DNA of 64,000 nt from Vicugna vicugna (Eukaryota), in the NCBI GenBank assembly GCA_013265495.1, contig MU058221.1, positions 3,038,001-3,102,000 on the forward strand, given 5' to 3'. The notes under the pieces were generated by a model. The model had not been told where the DNA came from. It was given only the letters and a program-made list of their open reading frames with translations, and did no database searches. Positions 26,830 through 38,620 of the stretch are shown piece after piece; within the stretch, counting starts at the first letter, position 1; each line of letters starts with the position of its first letter. Made by a program: the position numbers and the translations under genes.

Positions 26830-29500
26830 CACTTTCAACTTTGTCTTAGGATATGGAAACTCAGAAAGACCTTAACTCCCATCCTTAGAACGACAACAAA
26901 AACCTGGGTAATGCACAAAACAACAACCATCTTGAAGACATCTGAGAGCTGAATTTACAGAGAAATCAACTAACCCAAAATGTCAGAATGATACTCTTCA
27001 AAGATTAGAGTGAGTATTAGTGCTTGCTTCTGTGGACAAAGAGTGTTGCCTGCCATTTTAGTAAACACTGGATGCTGTGGTCATACGGCCACCAGCCACC
27101 ACAGCGGCCCGGACGGGACACCCCGAGGAGAGTTAAGGATGAAGAAAAGCAGGATACTGGCCCTGCACAGTTCAGGTTCACGTCAAAGAAGCCACTTCAG
27201 TGAGCCCAGGCTCTTGCATCTCCCCGTGCCTTAGAAACGTGCTAAATTCATTAGCTCGAGATGTCTGCTTTTCTCTAATCAGCAGGCATCTTTTGATGTT
27301 TGACTGTCTGTTTTTTGTTTGTTTGTTTCTTGTTTATTCAGTTTTGCTGTTGTTGTTTTGGGGTTTGTTTTTTGTTTTTTTTGTTTTGCAAAAACTCCTG
27401 GATAGCCTAGCTCTCTCCTTACCTCTTTGGAGCAGTCCCTCAGAGCCTTCTGAGACGCTGTACCCAGCCTAAAGTCCTCAGAAGTCTGTCTAGTAAAGCA
27501 CAATTCTCAACTTTTAAGTTGCGCTTTTTTTTTTCACTTGACAGTTTTCTAAGGAAGACACAGATCATCATACAAGCCATTAAGAATAATTTTTAATAAA
27601 TGTAAATTAATAGCTGAAGGCTGATTGTGGGCTAGCATAAAAATAGAGAAATATGGAAACTCCCAAACGCAAGAGAAATTCACTCCATCTCATATGATCT
27701 TCTCCACTAACATCACTGGTTATGCAGGAGAAATGTTAAGGGCAGGAGCACGAAACTACAAAGAGCATCTCTTACCGTGAAGTCTGGGGAAGGGGAGCAG
27801 GAGCTGCTGCGGGGAAGGCTTGAAACCTTGCCTGCATACTTCCTCCCTATGTCTCCACAGAAGGAAAGTTGTAATCAGCTCAGAGAAGGGCAGTGAAGTC
27901 TATCACATTCAGGGTACAAATACCTATCAAAACTGGTGAATGCGGGAAAAAGATATACAAATAAAACCCCTTCTTTCCTTGGAGAAGGGGCAGAAAAAAA
28001 AATCCTAGGGCGAGATCCTTAAAGACCCCCTACCGCTGTGGGCAGGGCAGGATCACGGAGAAAGAACTACACATGGCACTCAGGGACATATCGTCCATCT
28101 AAGACTGAGACTGAGCCAGAGTGACAGTGAAGACCCTCACATTCGTGCCACCCCTCCCCACGCTCCCACTGCAAAGCTAGCAAGAGTGAGGGGACAAGTA
28201 AGAGCAACCCAAAATACCGCTTGGGAAAGACCGGGAGCATGCGGCAGTATGCTTTCTGTGATCCAGGCATAAGGAGAAAATGTAAATGGAGAACTGAGCA
28301 GACATTACAAATGATCCTCTAGCCCCCACCTTGAACAGAAGGTAACGTTAGAAGAATTTGAAGACCGGCGATGCACTGAGTAAAACCATGATAAAAAAAC
28401 CCCCAAACCCGGCTCGACTCTTAACTCGATTTACTCAATCCTCCATGCAGAGAATGAGAAGGAAAGGAGAGCCCATTTCCAAGAATAAGATTTAATTTAG
28501 TCTCAACTGCCTTACGAAAGTTACATCTCTTTTAACCAAAAACTAGGAAACACATGAATGAATAGAGAAAAATCAAAACAATGATAAAGGATAAAATTAT
28601 CAACAGAGTAGGATTTAAGTGTTCACATGGGAAATACAAATAATTATGATTAAGATGTTAAAGGCCCTAGTGGAAAAGGTGTACAGTATGAATGAACACA
28701 GGGGGATTTCAGCATAAAGATAGAAACTGTAACAAAAAAATCAAATATAAATAGCAGACATAGAAATATTGTGACAGAAATGAAGATACCAAATAATAGC
28801 ACCAAAATTCTTATACAAAACAAAATAAATCTTCCCCATCCACCCAGACACACCCACATACAAAAAAAAACCCCACACACTACCCTATATATACAAACTA
28901 AAAAACTCTTGAAAACTAAACATGGGTTAAAAAATCTGGAATGTAATCAGAGAGAAAATACACATATATAGAGGAACAGAGATAAGAATTACAAATAATT
29001 AACAAACTTATCCTTTGTTCCTCTATATATCTTCAAAGCATAAAAGGTAAGTATTTTTTTTTCAGATAAAAACAACAGCAGAGAACATTCATTGCCAGCA
29101 TCCCTGCTGTCTAAGAACTGTTAAGAGGAAGTTCTCCAGGCAGAAAGACTGCGACACCAAAGAGAGACTTTCATCTACACAAAGAAATGGAAGAGTGCTC
29201 TAAGTGACATCACTGAAGGTAAATAAAATATTAATTTTTGTATTTTAATTGCTTTAAAGAGTGACTGCCTAAAGTAAAAAATTATCAATGGCTAGTATGC
29301 TTGTATCATATGTAAAAGATAAGATATATTAAAATGATGTTGGCAAAAGGGATGGAGGAGATTGGAGTCAATTGCAAATAGTACCCTTATTCTATATGTA
29401 AAGTGGTACTATTATTTGAAAGTAGACTGTGATTGTTTTAAGTTGTAGATTGAAAACTGTGATAAACCACAAAAGCATTTTTTAAAGAGAGACAAATAAT
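26830..29500 (+). mobile_element. Ancient L1M 5'/ORF1 relic interrupted by an LTR
   Basis: A-rich degraded L1M motifs (atttcagcataaagatagaaactgtaa; attcattgccagcatccctgctgtctaagaactgttaag). Boundaries approximate. Confidence 0.5.
27031..27543 (+). mobile_element. ERV1-type solo LTR, family B (artiodactyl LTR39/MER34-like)
   Basis: TGTGGAC...TTGACA termini. The 3' end ccttacctctttggagcagtccctcagagc...aattctcaacttttaagttgcgc is typical of this LTR group as I recall it. Confidence 0.7.
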
Positions 29501-29797
29501 AATTCAATATTGGAAATAAAATATTTAAGACACTCAGTCTGAAACGTATTGCTTTTAGGAAAACTGAGTGGGTATATGTTTCCCAATTTCCCTGAGGGGA
29601 ACAAAAATCTGTAGACATTATATATAAAACCAACGTAAGACTCTGAACAGGGAAAGGAAGAGGGCAGGCCTCCTAGGGAACTTGAAACCCAAGGAATGAC
29701 ATGGTGATGAATACTCTAAAATTTCTTTTCACCTCACATGTTCCAAACGTGGAGCAGAAGCTGCTGAGAGCACTCTTCCTGACTTGCAGATAGATAC

Positions 29798-30107
29798 TTT
29801 TTCTTTTTTTTAAAAAGAAAGGCAGACTGCCATATGCAGCCCTCATTTGGATATGTCTGGAGTCTTGGAAGCTTGACTACCCTACGGTTTCCTATTAATG
29901 GACCTTGAAAACTTGTTTGGATTTTCCAGCAGGGGTGGACAGCCACTCCGATCCCCTTACCCAAAGGACAGTCCTCCTTCGCTGGGGAAGGACCCCTTCT
30001 TCCAGGGAGCCAGCAGCTTGAGGACGGAGGCACGTGGAGTGGTGAGGAAGGAAGGGGACACCTGCTTAGGCAGCCAGATCAGCCAGGTCAACCCTGGAGC
30101 TCAATGG
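29798..30107 (-). pseudogene. RN7SK: 7SK processed pseudogene with poly(A) tail, 5'-truncated by about 35 nt
   Basis: 29813-30107 is the reverse complement of 7SK from its 3' end (aaaagaaaggcagactgcca-atgcagc-cctcatttggat-tgtctggagtcttggaagcttgactaccctacg) to cagccagatcagcc...tcaaccctgg...tcaatgg. The T-run at 29798-29811 is the poly(A) tail. Confidence 0.92.
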
Positions 30108-30109
30108 AA

Positions 30110-30182
30110 TGGCTATAAGTGGCTTGATGGCTGCAACACTTTTTTTTTTTTTTGATGTGGCAGGCAACTTCTTTCATTCACA
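30110..30182 (-). mobile_element. 5' fragment of a family B-like LTR
   Basis: The reverse complement tgtgaatgaaagaagttgcctgccacatc...gttgcagccatcaagccac resembles the start of 27031-27543. Confidence 0.5.
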
Positions 30183-31628
30183 CTATGTTAATAATAATGA
30201 TGACGATCTTAAGGTTAAAAGCATTATTTATATCTCAATATAAGTGACACAAATTCAACTTACTAGGAAGACCAACAATTAAACCTGTATGTGTAAGACA
30301 ACAGCCTCAAAACATATAAAGCAAAAACAGACAGAACTAAGAAAAGGAAGCCAATCTATCGTAGTGAGAGATGGAACACATTTTCATTATTGACAGACAA
30401 AATAGATGGAAAATCAGCAAGTGTATAGAAGAGGTTAAAGATTATAATAACACTTAAAAATCATGTTGGATCAGTTCTGGAATAGTAGAATGAAGAGTAG
30501 GTGAACTTGACCTCTGTATAAAAAAAAATAAGTAAGTAAAGCAAAACAACTAAAATCAACCATTTGAGACACCTGGCAATTGAACCAAGCCACAGAATAA
30601 ACGGAGCACCATCTAGCCTTGGGGAACTACTGAACCCAGGGAAGACGGGAGAGTCTGGGGCATTTTAACTTAGGCTCTTCCCTCCCCTTCCAGCGCTCCT
30701 GTTACCAAAAGCTGGCAGCGCTGGGGACAACAGAGATATTTGACCACATTTGGAGATCTATTAAAAGCATCATCTCTAGGGCATCGTCAATATTTGTTCA
30801 GACTCACAGTTCTCTGGTAAATTTCTGTTCTCAAACATATGGTGGCTATTTGATTTGATTCCCAGTTCAGCTGGAGAAGGAGGGGCAGCCTACCCCTAGG
30901 GCATTTCCAAAACAATAGCAAACTGCTGGCTGCATCTCAGTTGCCTGAGGTGGTGATGTCAGCTGGGGCCAACAGGGGCTCGTCTGGGAATTGAAAAGGA
31001 AATCCTGGAAAACATGTGTGGTCCTTTTGCCTGGCTTCTTTCACTTAGAATAAATTTTTATGGTTCTTTAAATCACTTTGGTACTTTTGGCATATTTGTC
31101 AAATCTATTAGAGCACTTTCTTTTACCCTTCAAGTGTGGGCAGGGGAGGAAAAAATTTTTTATTTATAAATATAAATATAGAATATAAAATAGATAGAAT
31201 ATAGAAGAAAGACTGCTGATACACAAACTTTGGTGTGAATCTATCTTTTAAATAAAAAGAAGATATGGAGCCAGTAATAGTGAAAAGAGATGACTCAGTG
31301 GGAAGGAGAATAATCTCAACGTTAACTGTAACAATAATAATAATACAGGCAGCTGGTCTATTGTATGTGTCACTAAACACCAGGCACTCCACTAAGCATT
31401 TGGAACATATTGCCACATTTTACTCACTTAATGCTCACAGCAACCTAATAAGGCAATTTTATTACATTAATTCATAGATGAGGAAATATGCGTTCAGAGA
31501 TGTTAAGGTCCCACAGAAACTGGACGAAGAATTCACTCTGAAGTCTCTGTTCTTCATCTGACCAATAAAGAAGCCTGTTACAAGAGGACAGGGTTGCAGA
31601 AATGGTAAGAAGAATGAGGGTGAGAAAG

Positions 31629-32239
31629 TGAGACCGGGGAAGGGCAGGGCACAGACACTGAAAGAATGACTCAGCATTCAGCACCAAGATGGCGGAAGAT
31701 CCAGCTCCCTGTGGACCCTGAACTTCATTATCTGCTCATTGAAATACAGTAGCATGCTAAATGGCACCCCCACAGTTGCCAGGACAGTTTAAGGCTGACC
31801 ATGAAAGGTCAAAGGGTGGGTGATGGTCCAACTCCTGGGCATCCCAGCCCCTTCCCAAAAGTAGTTGGAATAATGCTCCCACTTGTGAGCATGTGAAGTC
31901 ACCAAGCCCATAGAAGCTAACCACCCCCTCACCTTATGGCTGCTCTCCCGTCTGAGTGAGACAGGCTGCAGTCTGTCTACGGAGTGTGTATGTACTTTTA
32001 CTTTAAACTGAGTATCCACTCCCCGCACCTCATGGCCTTTCTACTGTTTTCTGAGACAGCCTGTGCTCTGTCCACGGAGTGTGTATCTCTCTGAGTAAAT
32101 CTACCTTCACTCAACTGCGGCTCGCTCTTGAATTTTTTCCTGCATGAAGCCAAGGACCTACACTTGGCGGGGCACGTCCCAGGGACTCACCCGAGACCTG
32201 GGACACGGCCTTCCTCTTGCCCCACGTTTTCCTGTATCA
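31629..32239 (+). mobile_element. ERV1-type solo LTR, family A, copy 3
   Basis: TGAGACC...CCTGTATCA. Flanks aaag/gaag. Shares the core with copies 1-2 and the 3' end with 42112-42685. Confidence 0.85.
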
Positions 32240-35200
32240 GAAGTACCATCTAGTAGCCCTGTAAGCCTACGGCCTCTTTGCCAGGACAGCTAAGTTCACG
32301 GTGAGGGCTGGAAGAGCTCTGAGAGCAATGGTCTAACTTTGGGTGGTGCAACCTCGTGTTTTAGCTTTTTATTCCTGTGTTTTAACCATAGGTGCGGTCT
32401 AGTGAGTCCAGACACAGATCAAGAGAGAGAAACTGGAAAACACAGTTTTACAGTTTCATTATTCTCAGAGTTGCCAGGGAAGAGCACAGCCTCTCTGTGT
32501 CTTCAGAATTCTGCTTCTTCATTATTTCAATAACTCCTTTTTGCTTTGTTTCTGTTTTTATTTTATTTATTTACTTACGCTGCAATCTGAGTAAAACTGA
32601 ATTTGAAGGTAACATGACAAAGTCAAATGTAACAATTTGCGATGACGACGGGAGGCCACAGGTGCAAAGCGCTTGGAGAACTTGAAAAGTCAACTGGCAA
32701 ACTGAAAGCAGCGTTAGCTAACTGGACTTTGATATTTTTCCTTGGTGAAATCAAGATTTGCTGCTTCTGCTTGCCTCTATTAATTTGTGTCATTTTTTTT
32801 TATTAGACTACAAGAGAACTTCATGGTTGAAGAGGCCAGAAGGGTCCTGATCATATTGGAACATGAAATCGTCAAGGCTCAGGGATAAGCTTTTTCTTGG
32901 GATGTGATGGACTAGAAAAAGCCCTGGAGAGGGAGCGGTTGGAGATCTAATTCAAAACTCAATTCTGCCACCAATCACTGACCTTGCAAAACATCGCTTC
33001 TCTGGACCTCAGTTAGTGTGTTCTGCCCCTTCTGTTACTACCATTGAGTGCAATTTTTTGAGGGCCCCAAAGAGTTACAGCACCTTGAAGTTAACATATT
33101 CCTTTGTCCATAATGACTCATGTAACATGCACAACTCTACGAAGGCAAGAAATATTTCTGTATTATTCTTGGTTTTAGAAAATATCGAGGAGGCAGGGAG
33201 TATTGCCTCCATATGATCACTTTATTCTAACCGTGCTGACTAATTGGGTTATTGTCACTGTCTACGTCTGGCAAATGACAACAGAACACAAGATAATTAA
33301 TAGTTTCTTACATAGTTGCCTCATGACAAGTATCTCCTGTTTCAGATCAGACATTCTTCCAACCAAACTGAGGTTCGTCTGGCTTCAAATTTGTTGGGGT
33401 ACTTGTTACCTTCATCTGAGAAAGGACATCTGGCTTTCTAGTACGAGGTTCCTTGCCCTCTTTCTTTGCGAGCTCCATTCCCCAAATATTTCATTTGAGT
33501 GGGTTCATATGGCTTTTCTCCATTTCCACAGGCTATATGTACATTCTCAAGGGTCTTAGTCCCCTTCAGTATCTCCTCACCTTCAGATTCCTTAGGTGAA
33601 CTGTACTCTCCAAGAAAGCTGTACGTGGTGTGGGACTACATTTATTTATCCAAAGATCATAAACTTGGGGGATGGAAATGCTGAGCTGTAAATCATACAC
33701 TTTTTTTTAACCTGAATTTTTTCTCATTCCCCAATGAGGTCTTTGTGCCATGATAAACATTTTTCCCCAAATAAGGTAATCCCCTGGCCTATTGCATCAA
33801 GCAACCCTGTGTGATCCCCACTTCAAATATTCTCTGCCTATCAAGCAGGACCTGCAGCACAATAGTGATTTGGCCTCCCCGAGTTGGACCCTGAAACAAC
33901 CAGTGAAAGCAGGCTTAAGCAGAGCTGAATGATCACTCTTCTTTTATTGGCAGAAATTGTGATGCTTGAAAGCTTTTGCCAAGCGATCTGGAATTTTTAT
34001 TGAGAATTCCAGGAAACCAGAGATTTCTGGGTAATATGTTAATCGCTGAGAAGAAATCTTCCCCTTTGGGACCAAAATCTGACTTCCAATTCCATAAAAA
34101 TGTCAATAAGTCATTAAAGTGCCCTTTTCTTATTTATATGGTCTCTTTTGTTGACACAATGTATGAAAATGAAGGGAATTCCAGCATTGTTGCAGGATGA
34201 GTGTTTTTTTCTTCCTGTTTACCTATTTTTAGGGACATCACACACTATTTCTTGTTTTCTGGAGAGAAATTCCCTTTTCTCGGAAAGCTTGTCCCCTGGC
34301 TGTCCCCATGGAAGCTCTTGAGATCCTACTGAGCAGGTTCCAAATATTGTGCATCAAAGTTCATAAACCAAAGAACAGATACAGCACACGTGTAAGGTGT
34401 GTTGGCATTTACACTCAAGACAGTGTCAGAGCTTCTATAAAGGAATGTTTTCTCAAAGATTAAGTTCTATGAATTTTAGAATATTTCTTCGATAATAGTC
34501 TCTGTATCTTCTTGAGCTTCAGGTTTAAAGACTAGGATCCTTATCTTGGCATCCAGGATCCTGTACAGTCTTGCAGCAGGGTAACTCTTCTCCATTCCCA
34601 TTATGGTGCAGACACAGGAGTCCTACCCACGCCTCTGACTCGCCACAGCGATGGGACCCGATTTGGGGATCAGCTTTGACAGGGAGTTTTATAGGCTATC
34701 CGGGCCTAATTTCTAAGGTTCCATCTCCTCAATAATCAATGTTTCTGACCTTGGCTTTATGTTTCCCATCTAGCCAGTCCCAAAATCTGTCTGTGGTTAT
34801 TGCACTGGCTTTCTGGGTATGAAAACATCAGGAAAAGTCATGACACTATTCATAAGACAACGCATTATTTTCACTTTGCTCTGTTTTAAAATCGATTACC
34901 TGGGGTTTTAGAACTCTTCAGAGGTATTTATAAAACTATCATCTTATTGGTGGCTCCCCATAACATCACATATTTGGGCTCAAACTTCTTCCAAAATAAA
35001 ATCGAATATACATATATATATAGAGAGAGAGAGAGAATAAAATCGGATATAGATATATAGATATATATATCTATATATATATAGACACATATATATATGT
35101 GTACTTTTTATCTCCCTAATATATTTGAGTTCTTTGTATGTGAGAAGTATATAGAACATACTCCTAGACTGTATTAAGATATGAAAATATTAGGATATGA

Positions 35201-35563
35201 ACACCGTGCGTGGTTAGTAAGGGCATCAGAAGGGCCTCGAGCTGTTAGAACAGCTCTGTTAATCAGGCACAGTTGTCGAAGGGCTCATCCTCGAACGGGG
35301 CGCCTCAGAGTCTACTTCCACGAGTCCGCTACAGAACACACACCGTGCGCGCCACAGGAACGCCCTTGGGCCTGAAAGTACTGTTTTGCTCCCGTTCCTC
35401 ACTGGGTCTTTTGGAGAAGGGAGGCTAGAGCAAATGCCTACTTTAATACAGACTCATTAACTCCCCCCTCTTCGTGACCACCTGCTGCCATTCTCCCCCG
35501 CCCCGCCAGCAGACTCGGCTCCCTGGGGTAGTGAATGTTGATTTTGTCTTGAGGGCATCAGCC

Positions 35564-35578
35564 CCAGCAGGGGGCGCT
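35564..35578 (+). promoter_or_regulatory. CTCF-binding motif
   Basis: CCAGCAGGGGGCGCT is an exact match to the CTCF core consensus, with its CpG retained. Confidence 0.65.
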
Positions 35579-36399
35579 GATGAGCACTGGGGGGGGGGTG
35601 ATGTGCAGGGTCAGGGTAGCCGGGTAGATTATGAATAATTTCAAAAGAGCCAGAAATTTTCCTGTGGATTTCTGATGATTCTCCACTTGCTTTCCAACCC
35701 CTTTAAAATTCACTATAGTTGTTTCAAATGAATTCATTACAGATTTTTAATGCTATAAACAACTGTATGCTAAGAAGTTTTTCGTGTGTGTGGTTTTCTG
35801 TTTTTTTTTCTTTTTTTTTTTGGCCTAGATGCTAAGAAGTTTTTTGGTTTTTTATGCCTAGAATATCCCTCCTAATGTGAAGAATTCTGATTTCCAGACT
35901 AGTGCATGTGCCTCTTTTTCAACCACTCCAGACAGATTCTTCCATCCTTTCTCCCTTTCTTCCTCCTTTCCTTCCTCCCTTCCTTGCCTTCCTTCCTTTT
36001 CGTCCTCCTGCCTTCCCTTCTCCTCTCTCCCTTGGTTTTACAATACCACTATGTCACTAGAAAGCAAATTATTTCACTGTTTTTCCCTTCCATTGGCTTA
36101 TGCTCCCCTTTAATGCAGAGGTTGTAACATTCCACCCCTCAAACTCCAGTATTTATTAAAGATAAAGTATACAATATGTGACCCACAAATGCCGAGAGAA
36201 GAAAAACATAGGGAACGCTGACGATGGAGACAGGAAAAGGAAAAGCTAGGGGAGGGCACCCTTGCCTGGGGTCAGGCTCCTCAGGAAAGAACAGAAAGGG
36301 CACTGGGCAAGGTGGACACCAGGAGAGCATAAACGGTTAATGAAGCAAAGAAAAAAAAGCTGCCAACCTGAAAATACCCTCTGGGCTTGTCTGCAACCC

Positions 36400-36550
36400 G
36401 TGTAACTGCCTAAGCCCACGTGGTTGGGAGGGTCCTGCACTTGGTTTAACGGTTTGATACTGGCGTCGTGAAATTCTTAATAGTTTTTCAAAAGAGCCCC
36501 TCATCTTAATTTTGCACCGTGCCCTGCAAGTTACATAGTTATGCAACTCT
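36400..36550. mobile_element. MER91-like hAT relic
   Basis: tgaaattcttaatagttttt...cccctcatcttaattttgcaccgtgccctgcaagttacatag resembles the recalled MER91 end. Confidence 0.5.
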
Positions 36551-36658
36551 AGCTCCATTCAGCCCTTCGGAGATTCGCAGAATCACAGCACCGCCCGGGG
36601 GAGCTCTTACCCACGCCCTCCAGTAAAGTGGCGCAGAGAGCACGCGCCCCCGGCCCCT

Positions 36659-36676
36659 CAGCGCCCCCCACCGGCC
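36659..36676 (-). promoter_or_regulatory. CTCF-like motif in a small CpG-rich patch
   Basis: The - strand reads GGCCGGTGGGGGGCGCTG, about 2 mismatches from the core, inside GC/CpG-rich 36590-36700. Confidence 0.4.
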
Positions 36677-37779
36677 TCTGCCGCACAGCCTGGCGACACC
36701 TGAAGCTGAACTGCAGGTGGGGAGGGGTGAGCATTAGTGAACGTTTTTACCCCCCAAGGAACGGGTCTAAAACAGTGACTGTTTCTTTTGCATTTGGTGT
36801 AAAACTCATTTTGGAAGACTTTTTGCAAGGAATGAGAGTTAAACTGGGTTAAGGAAACCTTACATGGATACTCAAGATGGGGTTTTAGGTACGCGTCCCT
36901 GGAGTGAGCGGAACTGCTGGTTCTAATCGGGCTGCAGGGAGAGACGATCTATTAAGCGGTTACAAACCACCAGTGTTTAAATCCCATGCCTGTCGTTTAC
37001 CAGGTACGTGGTCTTAGGCAAATTCGCTCGTCTCGAAAGGATTACTGTGTTCTCTTACTCATAAAGTGGGGATAACATGAGCTGGACTCACAGGGTTGTT
37101 TGGCAAACTAAATGAGGGTAAAAAAAAAAAGTACTTGTAGCAGTAGATTGTACATAGTAAACACTTCGTAAAATAATTCTTATTATTAATATGGCACAAG
37201 AGGTGGCTGAATTCCGCACAGTTTGTGGGGAGGGGTTCAGAATACCTTTGCAATAGGTAAGGAAGAGGAGGAGGAATAGTAAGATAAATATCTCATCACG
37301 CAGACGTCTGATCTTGAGTGCGTTTCGACCTTGATCTATGTCCTTCAGCAGCTCTCTGATGCTCCTGCAACACGGGAAGGCATTTGTGCTGCAGGTGCAC
37401 AGCGCTGGGAGACAGGTCACTGGAGCAATGCTATGCGAAAGCGATGTTTTTAAGAAACAAATTCAATTTCTTCTGATGTTTCCCCTTGACTCAGAGCTGG
37501 GAATAGGGTGAAATTTTAAAGGCTCATGGGGAATAAATGGAAGTTTAGAAGCCATCTGCTGTTTCCGAGGGGCATCTGGGAGGCTCTTCCCTGAAGGACA
37601 CATCATCTGAACTCTCCCCGCTGCTCTCTCGCTCACCCACACACTGGATCGACCCACAAAGGCACATGCACACATATGGTCAGAACTCAGCAAAACGGAG
37701 AATTGAGTGGAACCTGTCTTCTTCCTTCCCCATCTCCCAGCTCCATTCCCTATTTCCTCCTCAGGATCTATTCTTATCC

Positions 37780-38620
37780 TTACTTGTTCATCTGTTAATT
37801 GTTTCATTCAACAAATATAATACGAAATACCTACTTGTGACAGGCACTCTGCTCGTTTCTGAAGATACTGTAAGCAGGTCAGATAAGGTCTCTCCCCCTC
37901 TGGCAGGGAGAAATAGACAGTAAGAAGTCATTTTTAGAACCCACTCGATTATTAGTAATTATGAAAGGTCTATGAAGGAAATTAAGGTAAGGAAATCAAG
38001 GTTATAAGACAGTAAAGAGTATGGGGAAATGAGTTTAAAGGGGAACATTGAAGGTGCTTCTCTGGGGAGGTGGCATTTGAACTGATCTTAAGGTAGAAAT
38101 GAGCCCACTGTGCAAAGAATTAGAAAACGAGCATGCCAGGAAATGCCAGGAAGAGGGGACAGCAAATTCCACTATCCAGAAGCAGGGAAGGGGGTTGGCG
38201 TTTTGAAGAAACAGCAAAGTAGCAAATGCTCCTGGACTGCAGAGAGACGGGGGCAAAGCAGAGAAGGAGGTCATGGTGAACATTCCGGGTCACAGTTAAA
38301 AGTGCTGGACTTAAATATAATGAAAAGTAGAAACCACTGAGGACCTTCAGTCAGAGGAGAGAAATACAATGATTCACATTAAAAAAAAAAATCACTCATT
38401 GCTGCAAAAGCGGCAAAAATGGAAGCAAAGAGATCAACAGTCATCCATGCAAGAGATGATAAGAATTGACCAAGTGATGACAAGGAGATGAAGATAAGCA
38501 GATTCGTGAAAAACTGGGGAAGCGGAACTCACCCAACCGGGGACAGATTCGATGAGGGCTTAAGGGAGATGAACAGTCACGGATACAGCTCTGTGTTTGG
38601 TTTGAGCAAGTGAAAGATAA
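37780..38620 (-). mobile_element. L2 LINE relic
   Basis: ttcattcaacaaata...cctacttgtgacaggcactctgct...ggaggtggcatttgaactgatctt are L2 3' motifs. Confidence 0.65.
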
